A stretch of DNA of 64,000 bases, from positions 18,928 through 82,927 of IMG/VR virus record IMGVR_UViG_3300010052_000153. One strand, written 5' to 3'. This document shows, one piece after another, positions 28,763 through 37,349 of the stretch. Each line of letters opens with the position of its first letter. Positions within the stretch are counted from its first letter, which is position 1. The DNA is from a virus (taxonomy: Duplodnaviria > Caudoviricetes). The notes beneath the pieces were generated by a model. That model was not told the DNA's origin and did no database searches. It saw nothing but the letters and a program-made list of their open reading frames with translations. The position numbers were made by a program, and so were the translations under genes.

Positions 28763-28799
28763 GCGCGCTAGACTGATAAATGTCTCGTTTCCCTGTCGG

Positions 28800-31121
28800 C
28801 TACGCCGCTGCCGGCAGCACCACCTTCGCCGGCTTACCGGTCCGGGTTGGCACGTAATCGTCAACCAATACGCCTTGATCGATGAGCGTTTTCAGCATTC
28901 GTGTCATGCGCTTCTTTTCGCCTTTGTCTTCAGCATCCACGCCAAGCACCCGTGCGATTGCGGCCCCAGCCCACGGTTTGCCCTGCGGCGCCGACTTCCA
29001 TTCTTCACCGTTGCGAAGGACGTTCTTCAAGTCGGCGAGGTTCTGGTCGGTTAAACCCTCCATGATCTTGTCCGCGCCGGGCCAAGGGAACTCGTCGACC
29101 ACACCTGCCGTGTCCGACACACCGCCGCCAAGGTTTCCAGTGCCACCCTTCCCCGGTCTAACCCCGCCATTCCCCAAGCTCACGGTCTCCAGTTTCCGCC
29201 ACTTCAAGCCGCCCGACATTTTGGTCAGATTCGACTTGCCTTGGGTGATGCTGAAGTAGCTGAAGCGCTCGTCGGTGCGCACCATGGCTTCGACCGCTTG
29301 TTCTTCCGTCATACGGTTCAACACGCGCACGGAACGGGCAGCCCCGATAAGCGACACAGCGCCGCGCGCATCTTCGACGGTTGCTTCTCGGTCGGCGACC
29401 TTTCGAAGGTGATGCACGACATCGATGGAGCAGTTGGTGTAGTCAGCGATCTGTGCCCAAAGCTTGGCGACCTTGTCGATGGCGCCATTGTCATTTTCGT
29501 TGACGCCGTGGGTCGACACAAAAGGATCGATGATCATGACATCGATGCCATTCCGCTCGATTAGTTCGACAATGGCTTCAACCACAGGGACAACGATTTT
29601 CACGCCCTCTCGCTTGTCCTCTTTGGCGACGACCAGTTCCTGCTCGCGACCGGTGTCGAGAAACAGACGGCCTTCGAAGTCTGCGGGTTTCAGCTTGTAA
29701 TGCAGGCACGCCGCCATGATGCGACGTTCCATTTCGTCACGTGGATCCTCCGCGTTAAACAGCCACACCTTGCGCTGTGGCGCCGCATCCATTCGCAGAA
29801 TGCGCTTGCCGGATGTCATCGATAGCGCCTCGGCGATGCTGTTGCTGGTTTTGCCAAGGCCACCTGGCGACACCGTCACCGACACGTATTTGCGGATGTA
29901 GTGCGTGCCAAAAACGAAGTCGCGCCGCGGCAATGTGGCGGGATCGATCCATTTAAAGGGCGTGATGAAGATGGGCTGAGCAGACGAGGTGGTGCTTTCT
30001 TCCAACACTTCCGGTTGGACAGCGGGTAAAGTGTTGGAAGTCGTGTCCACGTCCGAAGTTTGTGTGGATTCTTCGGACATGGACGGTGTCGCAGTGATGA
30101 TGCGAACACCATCGCTTTCGCCGCGCTTGGCGCGCGCCTTCGCCAGACCGCGTTCGATCATCTCGCTAATGTCGACAAGGCGCGTATTGTCGTTTGCGGC
30201 GAACTGCGACTCAGGAATGTGGCGTGGCTGCCGCTGTCCGGCGTCAAGCCCGCGCTTAATCTTCGCTCGCGTTTCGCGCTCGCCGTCTGTCTGCGCCACA
30301 CCGCAGGCGATCGCGGCTTCATAGAGCTGATGTTCGGCAGTCCCTCGCTCCAGCACACCAGCGCCGACCAACTGGCCTAGATTGAAGGCGCTGCGGTTCA
30401 GCTGGTAGCCACGCCCGCCCTGCCCTGTCGTTGCAAGGTCATTTAGCTCCGCTTCGACGGCGCGTTCGACGTATGGCGTGTTTCTTCCGGGAGTATGCGT
30501 GTAGGCGCTCGTCGGCGCGGGCGTACGTTCTCGTGGGAGCACTAAGTCGAGTAGCCATTGTGGGGCATCCGCTATAGGCGTGCTGTCCATATGGTGACCG
30601 TCCAGCCAAGCATATTGACGGCCATCGGCCACGCGGCTGCCTGGTGCAATGATGTACCCGCCATCGCCACGCACGTCCACCGCGATGCCAAGTCCGCCGC
30701 GATTGCGAACCCCATCGACATGCCGAAAGAAGACATGCGTACCGCCCCCCATGGTTTTTGCACGGGCCGTCGTCGGGAGCGCACCATGCTTCGCTTCCAT
30801 GTCGGCAAGCCAGTCATGGCCATCCCCGATGCCCGGCTTGATGTCCAGATCGAGAACCCATGCACCGATAGGAGCGCCGGTGGGCACTGCGGTCATCGCG
30901 TCGGGTTGGCGTTTCCACCATTCGCGAATTATGCGCTCGGTCTTGCTCGCGCCTCGAAAACCGTTCGGCGTGTATGGCGTCTTCGGCGCAAGGAATTCGC
31001 CCGTGTTGGGGTCCATCTCCTCTTTCGCGCGGGCCGGAAAGACCGGCCAACCACGCGCGATGTAGGAAAGTGCGAGGCACAATGGGGATTCCGTGTCGGC
31101 AACTTTTTCCACTTTTTCCAT
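28800..31121 (-). CDS. Bifunctional primase-polymerase fused to AAA_25/RepA-like helicase
   Basis: GWPVFP...WVLDLD...GGTHVFF...DVRGDGGYIIAPGS; Walker A SPGGLGKT; IIDPFVSTH. Confidence 0.9.
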   Translation of the reverse strand: MEKVEKVADTESPLCLALSYIARGWPVFPARAKEEMDPNTGEFLAPKTPYTPNGFRGASKTERIIREWWKRQPDAMTAVPTGAPIGAWVLDLDIKPGIGDGHDWLADMEAKHGALPTTARAKTMGGGTHVFFRHVDGVRNRGGLGIAVDVRGDGGYIIAPGSRVADGRQYAWLDGHHMDSTPIADAPQWLLDLVLPRERTPAPTSAYTHTPGRNTPYVERAVEAELNDLATTGQGGRGYQLNRSAFNLGQLVGAGVLERGTAEHQLYEAAIACGVAQTDGERETRAKIKRGLDAGQRQPRHIPESQFAANDNTRLVDISEMIERGLAKARAKRGESDGVRIITATPSMSEESTQTSDVDTTSNTLPAVQPEVLEESTTSSAQPIFITPFKWIDPATLPRRDFVFGTHYIRKYVSVTVSPGGLGKTSNSIAEALSMTSGKRILRMDAAPQRKVWLFNAEDPRDEMERRIMAACLHYKLKPADFEGRLFLDTGREQELVVAKEDKREGVKIVVPVVEAIVELIERNGIDVMIIDPFVSTHGVNENDNGAIDKVAKLWAQIADYTNCSIDVVHHLRKVADREATVEDARGAVSLIGAARSVRVLNRMTEEQAVEAMVRTDERFSYFSITQGKSNLTKMSGGLKWRKLETVSLGNGGVRPGKGGTGNLGGGVSDTAGVVDEFPWPGADKIMEGLTDQNLADLKNVLRNGEEWKSAPQGKPWAGAAIARVLGVDAEDKGEKKRMTRMLKTLIDQGVLVDDYVPTRTGKPAKVVLPAAA

Positions 31122-31133
31122 TCTAGAGCCCTT

Positions 31134-31149
31134 TACACACGCGTGTGTA
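31134..31149. promoter_or_regulatory. Perfect 16-bp palindrome, candidate HicB operator
   Basis: TACACACGCGTGTGTA upstream of hicA. Confidence 0.55.
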
Positions 31150-31185
31150 TTGTGTATATGTGTGTAGTCAATTAGGATGAATTCG

Positions 31186-31395
31186 ATGCCTAGACCAAAA
31201 CACCCATTGAAGCCCCGCGAACTGGTGAAGATGCTCAAGGCTGACGGATGGGTGTGGAAGCGCAATGGCCCCGGCGACCATGTCCAGTATGTTCACCCAA
31301 CGAAACCGGGGCGGGCATCGGTTGACATGGGTGCGCGGGAGATACCACTTGGCACCCTTCGGCAAATCTACAGAAGCATTGGATGGGATTGGTAA
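31186..31395 (+). CDS. hicA: HicA mRNA interferase toxin
   Basis: LKADGW...GDHVQYVHPTKPG...IPLGTLRQI. Confidence 0.88.
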   Translation: MPRPKHPLKPRELVKMLKADGWVWKRNGPGDHVQYVHPTKPGRASVDMGAREIPLGTLRQIYRSIGWDW

Positions 31396-31405
31396 GGAGA
31401 CGAGA

Positions 31406-31810
31406 ATGCCCTACGCATATGCACTCATCCACGAAGAGAACGGGTCATTCGGGATTTCTTTTCCCGATTTCCCCGGAGCGGTTACAGCCGGCGACAGCGA
31501 AGAAGACGTCATCCGCCGCGGAACGACTTTGCTGACTTTCCACGTTTCGGGAATGGTTGAAGATGGTGATGCCCTTCCCATGTTGCGGTCGCTGTCCGAA
31601 TTGAAGGCCGATCCGACCTTTGTTGAAGGCAGTTCCGGAGCGGTCGTGGCCCTTGTGCCTTTTGAACTGCCAACGCGGGCTGTGCGCATCAACATTTCCA
31701 TAGACGAGAACCTGTTAGCGTCGGTGGACAGAACGGCAGAGGCGAAAGGTCAGAGCCGTTCTGCATTTTTGGCAGATGCTGCCCGCGCGCGGTTACGCGA
31801 AGCAGTCTAG
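31406..31810 (+). CDS. hicB: HicB antitoxin with RHH C-terminus
   Basis: FGISFPDFPGAVTAGD...RINISIDENLL...SRSAFL. Confidence 0.9.
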   Translation: MPYAYALIHEENGSFGISFPDFPGAVTAGDSEEDVIRRGTTLLTFHVSGMVEDGDALPMLRSLSELKADPTFVEGSSGAVVALVPFELPTRAVRINISIDENLLASVDRTAEAKGQSRSAFLADAARARLREAV

Positions 31811-31854
31811 GCGGAGGAAGCGCAGAGGAATATTGTCGTTGTCAGCGTGCGGAA

Positions 31855-32199
31855 TCAAAAAGGCGCACCTCCACTGCGAATGATTTGGCGCAAGCGGTCT
31901 GCGCATCCTTGCCATGCCGCCTTCACCAGCATGCGTTGCTCGTGCTCGTCGAACTCTGACAGCTCGGTCTTGCCACCGAGACTTTCGATGTAGTCGCCGA
32001 CAGCATCCACGCCGCCATCGATCGCCTGCAGTTCGTATGGGTCGAACCTTCGAATCTCTTTGATGCGATCCACCAAAAGCGCGCACTCCTGGCACAGCCA
32101 CTGAGGTTTCTGTCCACGGCGATCGATTCCGATGCCGATCGCGTGACGACCGCAGATGCATGCTGCCGGGTCATTATCGTAGTTCGGTTGTCCCGTCAT
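31855..32199 (-). CDS. Conserved phage hypothetical protein (Cys motifs)
   Basis: CICGR...LCQEC; coupled to the methylase gene. Confidence 0.55.
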   Translation of the reverse strand: MTGQPNYDNDPAACICGRHAIGIGIDRRGQKPQWLCQECALLVDRIKEIRRFDPYELQAIDGGVDAVGDYIESLGGKTELSEFDEHEQRMLVKAAWQGCADRLRQIIRSGGAPF

Positions 32200-32996
32200 T
32201 CCGCTACCAGGTGTTTGTTGTCATTCGCGGCGACGCACGCTGCCGCGGCCTTCTTGCCGTCGCCCTTCACGAAGACGAGGAGATTTTGGTGGGTCTTTCC
32301 AAGCTTCCGGCTCGCTCGGAATTGCTTACCGGTGCGCACGGGCAATGAGCCGGCCGGCGTGACCAGCACTGCTTCGTTGTAGAGGTAAAGCCCGCACTGC
32401 TTGAACAGGTCGATGGTGTCCCACGGAAAGCCGTAGTAGTTGCCGTCCTTGCCGCGGACGTCACCGACCACGAAGACCGCGAAGCGATTGTCTTTCAGCA
32501 TCGCCGTCGAGCGTTGGATGATGTGGCCGTAAGCCCGTAAGAACTCTGGATATGGTAACGTCGATAGGTCCGCCGGGTCGTCGCTGTAGACTTCCAAGTC
32601 CGCGTATGGCGGACATGAGAAGATCATGTCGTATTCGCCGGGTGCGATAGTTGGAATGTTTCGGCTGTCGCCTTGCAACCAAGTTGGAGCGGGACCAGTA
32701 GCGATGTTCGCTTGCGCCCGATTTGCGGTCACCTGTTCTGTGCGCAGTTCGACGCCGGTGTACCTGAAACCGAGGCATGACGCGACAATGCCACGCACGC
32801 TGCCGCCGGCGAACGGGTCAAGAATTGAGCCGCCGGGCGGACAAAACCACCGGTAGGCCAGTTCGCACAGCACCGGGTCAAAGATCGATGTGCCGGTCTG
32901 TGACGCATCGCCCTCAACCTCTGACGTGCCCACCACATGCTCGCCACGCATGAGGTCCTGGCCGAAAGTGCGCGCGAAGTTTTTCGCTGCCGCCAT
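32196..32996 (-). CDS. DNA methyltransferase, C-terminal catalytic part
   Basis: SIFDPVLCE...LDPFAGGSVRG...FSCPPY. Confidence 0.8.
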   Translation of the reverse strand: MAAAKNFARTFGQDLMRGEHVVGTSEVEGDASQTGTSIFDPVLCELAYRWFCPPGGSILDPFAGGSVRGIVASCLGFRYTGVELRTEQVTANRAQANIATGPAPTWLQGDSRNIPTIAPGEYDMIFSCPPYADLEVYSDDPADLSTLPYPEFLRAYGHIIQRSTAMLKDNRFAVFVVGDVRGKDGNYYGFPWDTIDLFKQCGLYLYNEAVLVTPAGSLPVRTGKQFRASRKLGKTHQNLLVFVKGDGKKAAAACVAANDNKHLVAE

Positions 32997-33072
32997 GAGA
33001 TTTTTTTCCTCTCTGGAGTTGCTCGCTTAGCGAGAATCTACTATCTCTAATTCAATCTTAGGGAGAAACGAA

Positions 33073-33855
33073 TTGCGCTACGGATCAACCGAAATTGACG
33101 CGCCACTGCTGGCAGAAATCTCGGCGACCACCCGCTTCGTGACGACGATCTTTTTAGGGCGGGGGCAGTACGCGAAGCACGAATGCGGCGACCTCAGCGA
33201 AGCGCGCGCGATGGGTGTTCAGATGGCTGCCCATTATCGAAATGGACGCATCGCGATGGTCTACGCGCTGCTGTCCGACGACCGACAGGTCTTTGTTCCA
33301 GACAATTTTCAGCAAGGAGACGCACCGATGACCAACAAGCCACATGCTAAGCGGTTCAATGCCCAGCGCGCTGCCCGTTCGGCACTCGGGCAAGATGCAC
33401 AGGAAGGCAAGGAGTTCACGACCGTGAAAAACGAAGACGGACTGTGGGAGTGGATTCGCGCAGGCATGCCAGAAGAGTCCGCAACAGCGCACGAGGTTGA
33501 CGTGGTGGCAGAAGTCGCCAAGGTTGCGGCCATGACACCCGAGGAAGTTGCCGCTGCCACCAAGGCAAACAAAGCCAAGGTTCGTGCCGCGCGGAAGACG
33601 AACGCACCGAAAGCGGAAACAGCGACCGCAGATCTGCTCAACGGCGCAGCAGTGCCCAAGGCCGGCACAAAGCGTCGCATTGTGTTCGATATGATGCGAC
33701 GCAAGGAGGGAGCCACGCAAAAGGAGATTGTGTTGGCCGGCGGCATTGACGAGTCCATGAATAGCTATATCGACGAGTGGTCGAAAAAGTACGGCCTGAA
33801 GGGCTCGAAGGCGAAGGTGGACGGCGCCACCCGCTACTACCTGGCCGACGCCTGA
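33073..33855 (+). CDS. Inserted gene; C-terminal DUF3489-like wHTH, internal start at 33328
   Basis: KAGTKRRIVFDMMRRKEGATQKEI; AAGGAG RBS before internal ATG 33328; orientation opposite to neighbours. Confidence 0.6.
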   Translation: MRYGSTEIDAPLLAEISATTRFVTTIFLGRGQYAKHECGDLSEARAMGVQMAAHYRNGRIAMVYALLSDDRQVFVPDNFQQGDAPMTNKPHAKRFNAQRAARSALGQDAQEGKEFTTVKNEDGLWEWIRAGMPEESATAHEVDVVAEVAKVAAMTPEEVAAATKANKAKVRAARKTNAPKAETATADLLNGAAVPKAGTKRRIVFDMMRRKEGATQKEIVLAGGIDESMNSYIDEWSKKYGLKGSKAKVDGATRYYLADA

Positions 33856-33924
33856 TCAGCCTGCTTCATTTGGGGCCGAATGGCAGGTTGCGAGGGGCGG
33901 CACATTGTGTCGCCCCTTTGCGTT

Positions 33925-34119
33925 TCAGCTACCCTTAGCCTCACCCCGCCCAAGCTCCGATTGGATGCCCAGCCCCAGCCAGGCACGCTTGCGCTCTTGC
34001 CACCATCCCTCGCGCGCCGACAGCACGCTGAACGGTGGGATGAGAAACTCGTCGCCGAGTTTTGAGGTATGCTTCTTCTCGACCGGGTCGCCGAAAAGGT
34101 CGGTGCCGTGGAGATTCAT
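33925..34119 (-). CDS. Detached N-terminal part of the 32196 methyltransferase
   Basis: PPFSVLSAREGWWQERKRAWLGLGIQSELGR, recalled as the N-terminus of this phage MTase family. Confidence 0.6.
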   Translation of the reverse strand: MNLHGTDLFGDPVEKKHTSKLGDEFLIPPFSVLSAREGWWQERKRAWLGLGIQSELGRGEAKGS

Positions 34120-35061
34120 GCGGCGACCCTTTCTGGCGCGTTGTCGTTCGCAGGCTCATGGTCCGCTTCACATGCGCCCCATTGGTTGCAAGGCATACCG
34201 AACTCGATTGATGGGTCGAGCAGCAAGTTGAACTGCTTTCCACCCCTACTGGTGCGGGACCACTCGACGCGCTGGCGAATGCCGTGCGTCGTGTAGTGAA
34301 TCTCGGCAGGATCTGCGTGGGGATCTGTGTCAGCGACAGCGAAGAATGTGCTGGATCCCCTCTTAGATACATCGCTGACGATACGCTCCCATTCCTGAAT
34401 TCGGTCGACGTGATCAGGGAACCGCACCGCTATAGCCCGCAGTTCATCCTTCCGGGCCATAATACATGGCATGCATCCAACACGCCCCATCCCCAAGTCA
34501 TAAAGGGGGTTCGGTTCGATGCCGTGTCGGCGATGGTATGCGAACACATCAGTGCGCGACCACTGGAGAAGCGGGCGGTAGGCAAACAGCCAGCCAGCAG
34601 ATGACATTCGTTGGAACATCGGTAGCATTGATCGCGCCAAACTCTCATCTGCCCGCACGCCTTGCCAACTGACGACGCCCCTGTCTGCGGCAAAAATTGG
34701 AGCGTAAATCCCGTTCTCTATCGGGTAAATCTTCAGCTCTTCTGTGCAGAATCGAACGCGCGAGGAAGGGAAGCGCCCCTTAAGCATACATAGATCGAGA
34801 AACGGGTTCCCTGAAGGCACTAATTGTAGCCCGCTTCTTTGTGAAGCGTCGAGCGAAGTCAGCCTTTACCCATTGAATGGCGGGGCCACCCGTTTTCTCA
34901 GGTAGCCTGGTGACGTATTCGTATGTCGCCTCGTGTTCATTCCCTGTATCTGCAAATACCGCTCGAAACGGCTTTCCACGCTCGATCGCGTTTAGGTACA
35001 GGGCCGTCGAGTCTTTTCCACCAGAAACCGACACGACATGCTCGATATGTTTGGGGATCAT
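34116..35061 (-). pseudogene. PAPS-reductase-family protein split by a frameshift near 34820
   Basis: N-part VSVSGGKDSTA...FADTG.E; C-part PSGNPFLDLC...RFCTEELK...GVRADES..R...RVGCMPC in another frame. Confidence 0.7.
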
Positions 35062-36389
35062 CCCATTGCTCCAAACAATGGCAGGTTGTCGTTGGCTGCC
35101 TGCTTTGACGCAAGTGGTGCGACACGCCACTCTGTTTCGATCCGCCTGCGGGCCATTGCGGCATATTCATGGTTGAGCTCGATGAGGGCAGCACGCCGCC
35201 CGTGACGGAGAGCAACCAGGGCAGTCGTCCCCGCCCCGCCGAATGGGTCAAGGATTACGCCGCCCTTCGGGGAACCGGCGAGAATGCACCTCTCGGCCAG
35301 TTCTGGCGGGAACGTTGCGAAGTGGGCACCTGAGAAAGGCTGTGTCGCCATTGGCCAGACAGTCAGCGGCGCCGGCTCGTAGTTCCGCAGATATCGCCCG
35401 GATCCTCTGCCGAGTTCGTCGAGACCCGTGTGATTGATATGTCCTTGATGCCGAGGCGTTACCTCGATGATCTTGCCATGCTCGCGTCCACGGCGATGAC
35501 GCGAGCCATGTCCGCCAGAACTGGTGTCCCATCCGTCAGGCATCTTAACGCGGCGATTTCCGGTTGCAGTGCGCTTTCCGGGTTCACCACCCACATACGA
35601 GCCACCTCGGTACGTCACCGCATCCTCGTCTGAGGTGCGGCCCTGGCGCACTTCTTCAGCATCGTAATAGGCGCCAATACGGAGCCAACGGGCGCCGTGC
35701 CGAGCAGGATCAGTAACCAAAGGGCAGGTCTCGTTAAGGTCAGGAAAGAAGCTCACTTCGCCTGTGTCTCTGGCGCGCCAGACTGCGCCGTCATCCGACT
35801 TCGTCAGAAGGAAGATCTTTTCGTGTGAGGTCGCCGGCCTTTGCGCGCCGGAGCTGTCCGGCATCGGATTGGTTTTGCCCCAGATGATTTCTGATCGAAC
35901 CCACCAACCGGCGTCCTGCAGCGCAATCGCGAGGCGGTTCGGGATCATGCAGAGGTCTTTGGGCTTAAGGACGCCACCGCGACGGTCGAAGTGTTGACCC
36001 TCGCCACCATTGCTGCGGGCCTGAATTGGACTGATGGTCGAAAAAGGCTTATCTCGAAATGTGCGGTCGTCTTTGCCCGTTGACTTGATTTCAGACGCTG
36101 AACGTCCGTTCGGGCTTGTGGCATAACAGTCGCCGTAGTTGACCCACAGTGTCCCTGTCGGCTTGAGAACGCGCTTCACCGACTCGAATACTCGGACCAT
36201 CATTTCCAGGTGTTCGCCCAGCGTTGGCTCAAGGCCAATTTGGCCGACTACTCCATAGTCGCGCAATCCCCAATACGGAGGCGAGGTGACAACGCAGTCG
36301 ATACTATCTTCGGGCATGCTTTCGAGCACATCGATGCAATCACCGACATGCATCGCGACCTTGCCATCAAGGATCGTTTGTGCGCTCAT
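35058..36389 (-). CDS. N6/N4 DNA methyltransferase with internal insertion
   Basis: VVTSPPYW, EIIWGK, HFATFPPEL, LDPFGGAGTT. Confidence 0.9.
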   Translation of the reverse strand: MSAQTILDGKVAMHVGDCIDVLESMPEDSIDCVVTSPPYWGLRDYGVVGQIGLEPTLGEHLEMMVRVFESVKRVLKPTGTLWVNYGDCYATSPNGRSASEIKSTGKDDRTFRDKPFSTISPIQARSNGGEGQHFDRRGGVLKPKDLCMIPNRLAIALQDAGWWVRSEIIWGKTNPMPDSSGAQRPATSHEKIFLLTKSDDGAVWRARDTGEVSFFPDLNETCPLVTDPARHGARWLRIGAYYDAEEVRQGRTSDEDAVTYRGGSYVGGEPGKRTATGNRRVKMPDGWDTSSGGHGSRHRRGREHGKIIEVTPRHQGHINHTGLDELGRGSGRYLRNYEPAPLTVWPMATQPFSGAHFATFPPELAERCILAGSPKGGVILDPFGGAGTTALVALRHGRRAALIELNHEYAAMARRRIETEWRVAPLASKQAANDNLPLFGAMG

Positions 36390-36589
36390 TTTCGCCCGTC
36401 CGGATTGATGCCGGCTTCGACGCACAGACGCGTTGCGTAGGTGCTACCAAGGCCGAAGACTTCCATGGCCAAGACCCAATTCGGCTTGGCGCGCATGTGT
36501 AGGGAGGCGATTCGCCGAACGTTCCGCAGAACCAGGGCAGGCTTGACGCGAGACACCACGGTCTCGCGGAAGTGATCGTCTTCGTTCAT
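36386..36589 (-). CDS. Hypothetical protein
   Basis: 67 aa coupled ORF. Confidence 0.45.
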   Translation of the reverse strand: MNEDDHFRETVVSRVKPALVLRNVRRIASLHMRAKPNWVLAMEVFGLGSTYATRLCVEAGINPDGRK

Positions 36590-36594
36590 TTGCG

Positions 36595-37113
36595 TCAGGC
36601 CGCCTTCACAGCGATCGTTTCACCCGGCTCGCCCATGCGAGCGCCCCGCACCTTTTTGCCGGCCATCAGCGCTTCCTTAATGGCCGCCTTGTCCGGCTCG
36701 ATCCTCTCGCGCCGGTATGCCTTCGGCAGTTGGCGTTCATTCAGTATCTCAACCTTTGCCGGGGTCGCCCGAACCGACAAGGTGGCCTCAACAAGTGGCG
36801 CTTTCGGAATGCCGCCGGCCTTCATCAAGCGGTGCATTAGACTGCGCATAGCTGCCTGCCGACGTTCATAACGCCACTTCCGAGACTGCAGATTAGAGAT
36901 GCGCGAGGCAGTCGCGCTGACCATGGTTTCGGCGTCGCGCTCAACAGCCAACAAGCGTGACAGAACGTCGTAAGCAGAAGTGCTGCCCTCGATCATATCC
37001 GCCCGCAACGCTTCATCATCAGCAAGTTCGGGGTATTGAGCGAACAGGGACTCTATCTCAGCCTCGAGGTTGGCTACGTCGGCCTGAAGGAACGTTTCGT
37101 TGTTGCGCTTCAT
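36595..37113 (-). CDS. Siphovirus Gp157-like protein
   Basis: Coiled coil then LPKAYRRERIEPDKAAIKEALMAG. Confidence 0.75.
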   Translation of the reverse strand: MKRNNETFLQADVANLEAEIESLFAQYPELADDEALRADMIEGSTSAYDVLSRLLAVERDAETMVSATASRISNLQSRKWRYERRQAAMRSLMHRLMKAGGIPKAPLVEATLSVRATPAKVEILNERQLPKAYRRERIEPDKAAIKEALMAGKKVRGARMGEPGETIAVKAA

Positions 37114-37349
37114 GGGGCAATCTTTCTGAACTCGTCTTTGTCGTGGTCTTCCGCGCGCGCATGAGCCTGCGCCAGGCGGATCGCGTCGTGGCGGACGATT
37201 ATCCATCCGCTGGCGCGCAGATGAGCGATGATCGCATCGGCCTGTTCGCTGGCTGCGTCGGTCAATGGATAGACGAGGCGCATGGCGCGTCGCTGGTATT
37301 CAATGAGCGCTTCCGCAATGCGCGCTCTTGGCTCAGAACGGGATGTCAT
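37110..37349 (-). CDS. Hypothetical protein
   Basis: 79 aa coupled ORF. Confidence 0.45.
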   Translation of the reverse strand: MTSRSEPRARIAEALIEYQRRAMRLVYPLTDAASEQADAIIAHLRASGWIIVRHDAIRLAQAHARAEDHDKDEFRKIAP

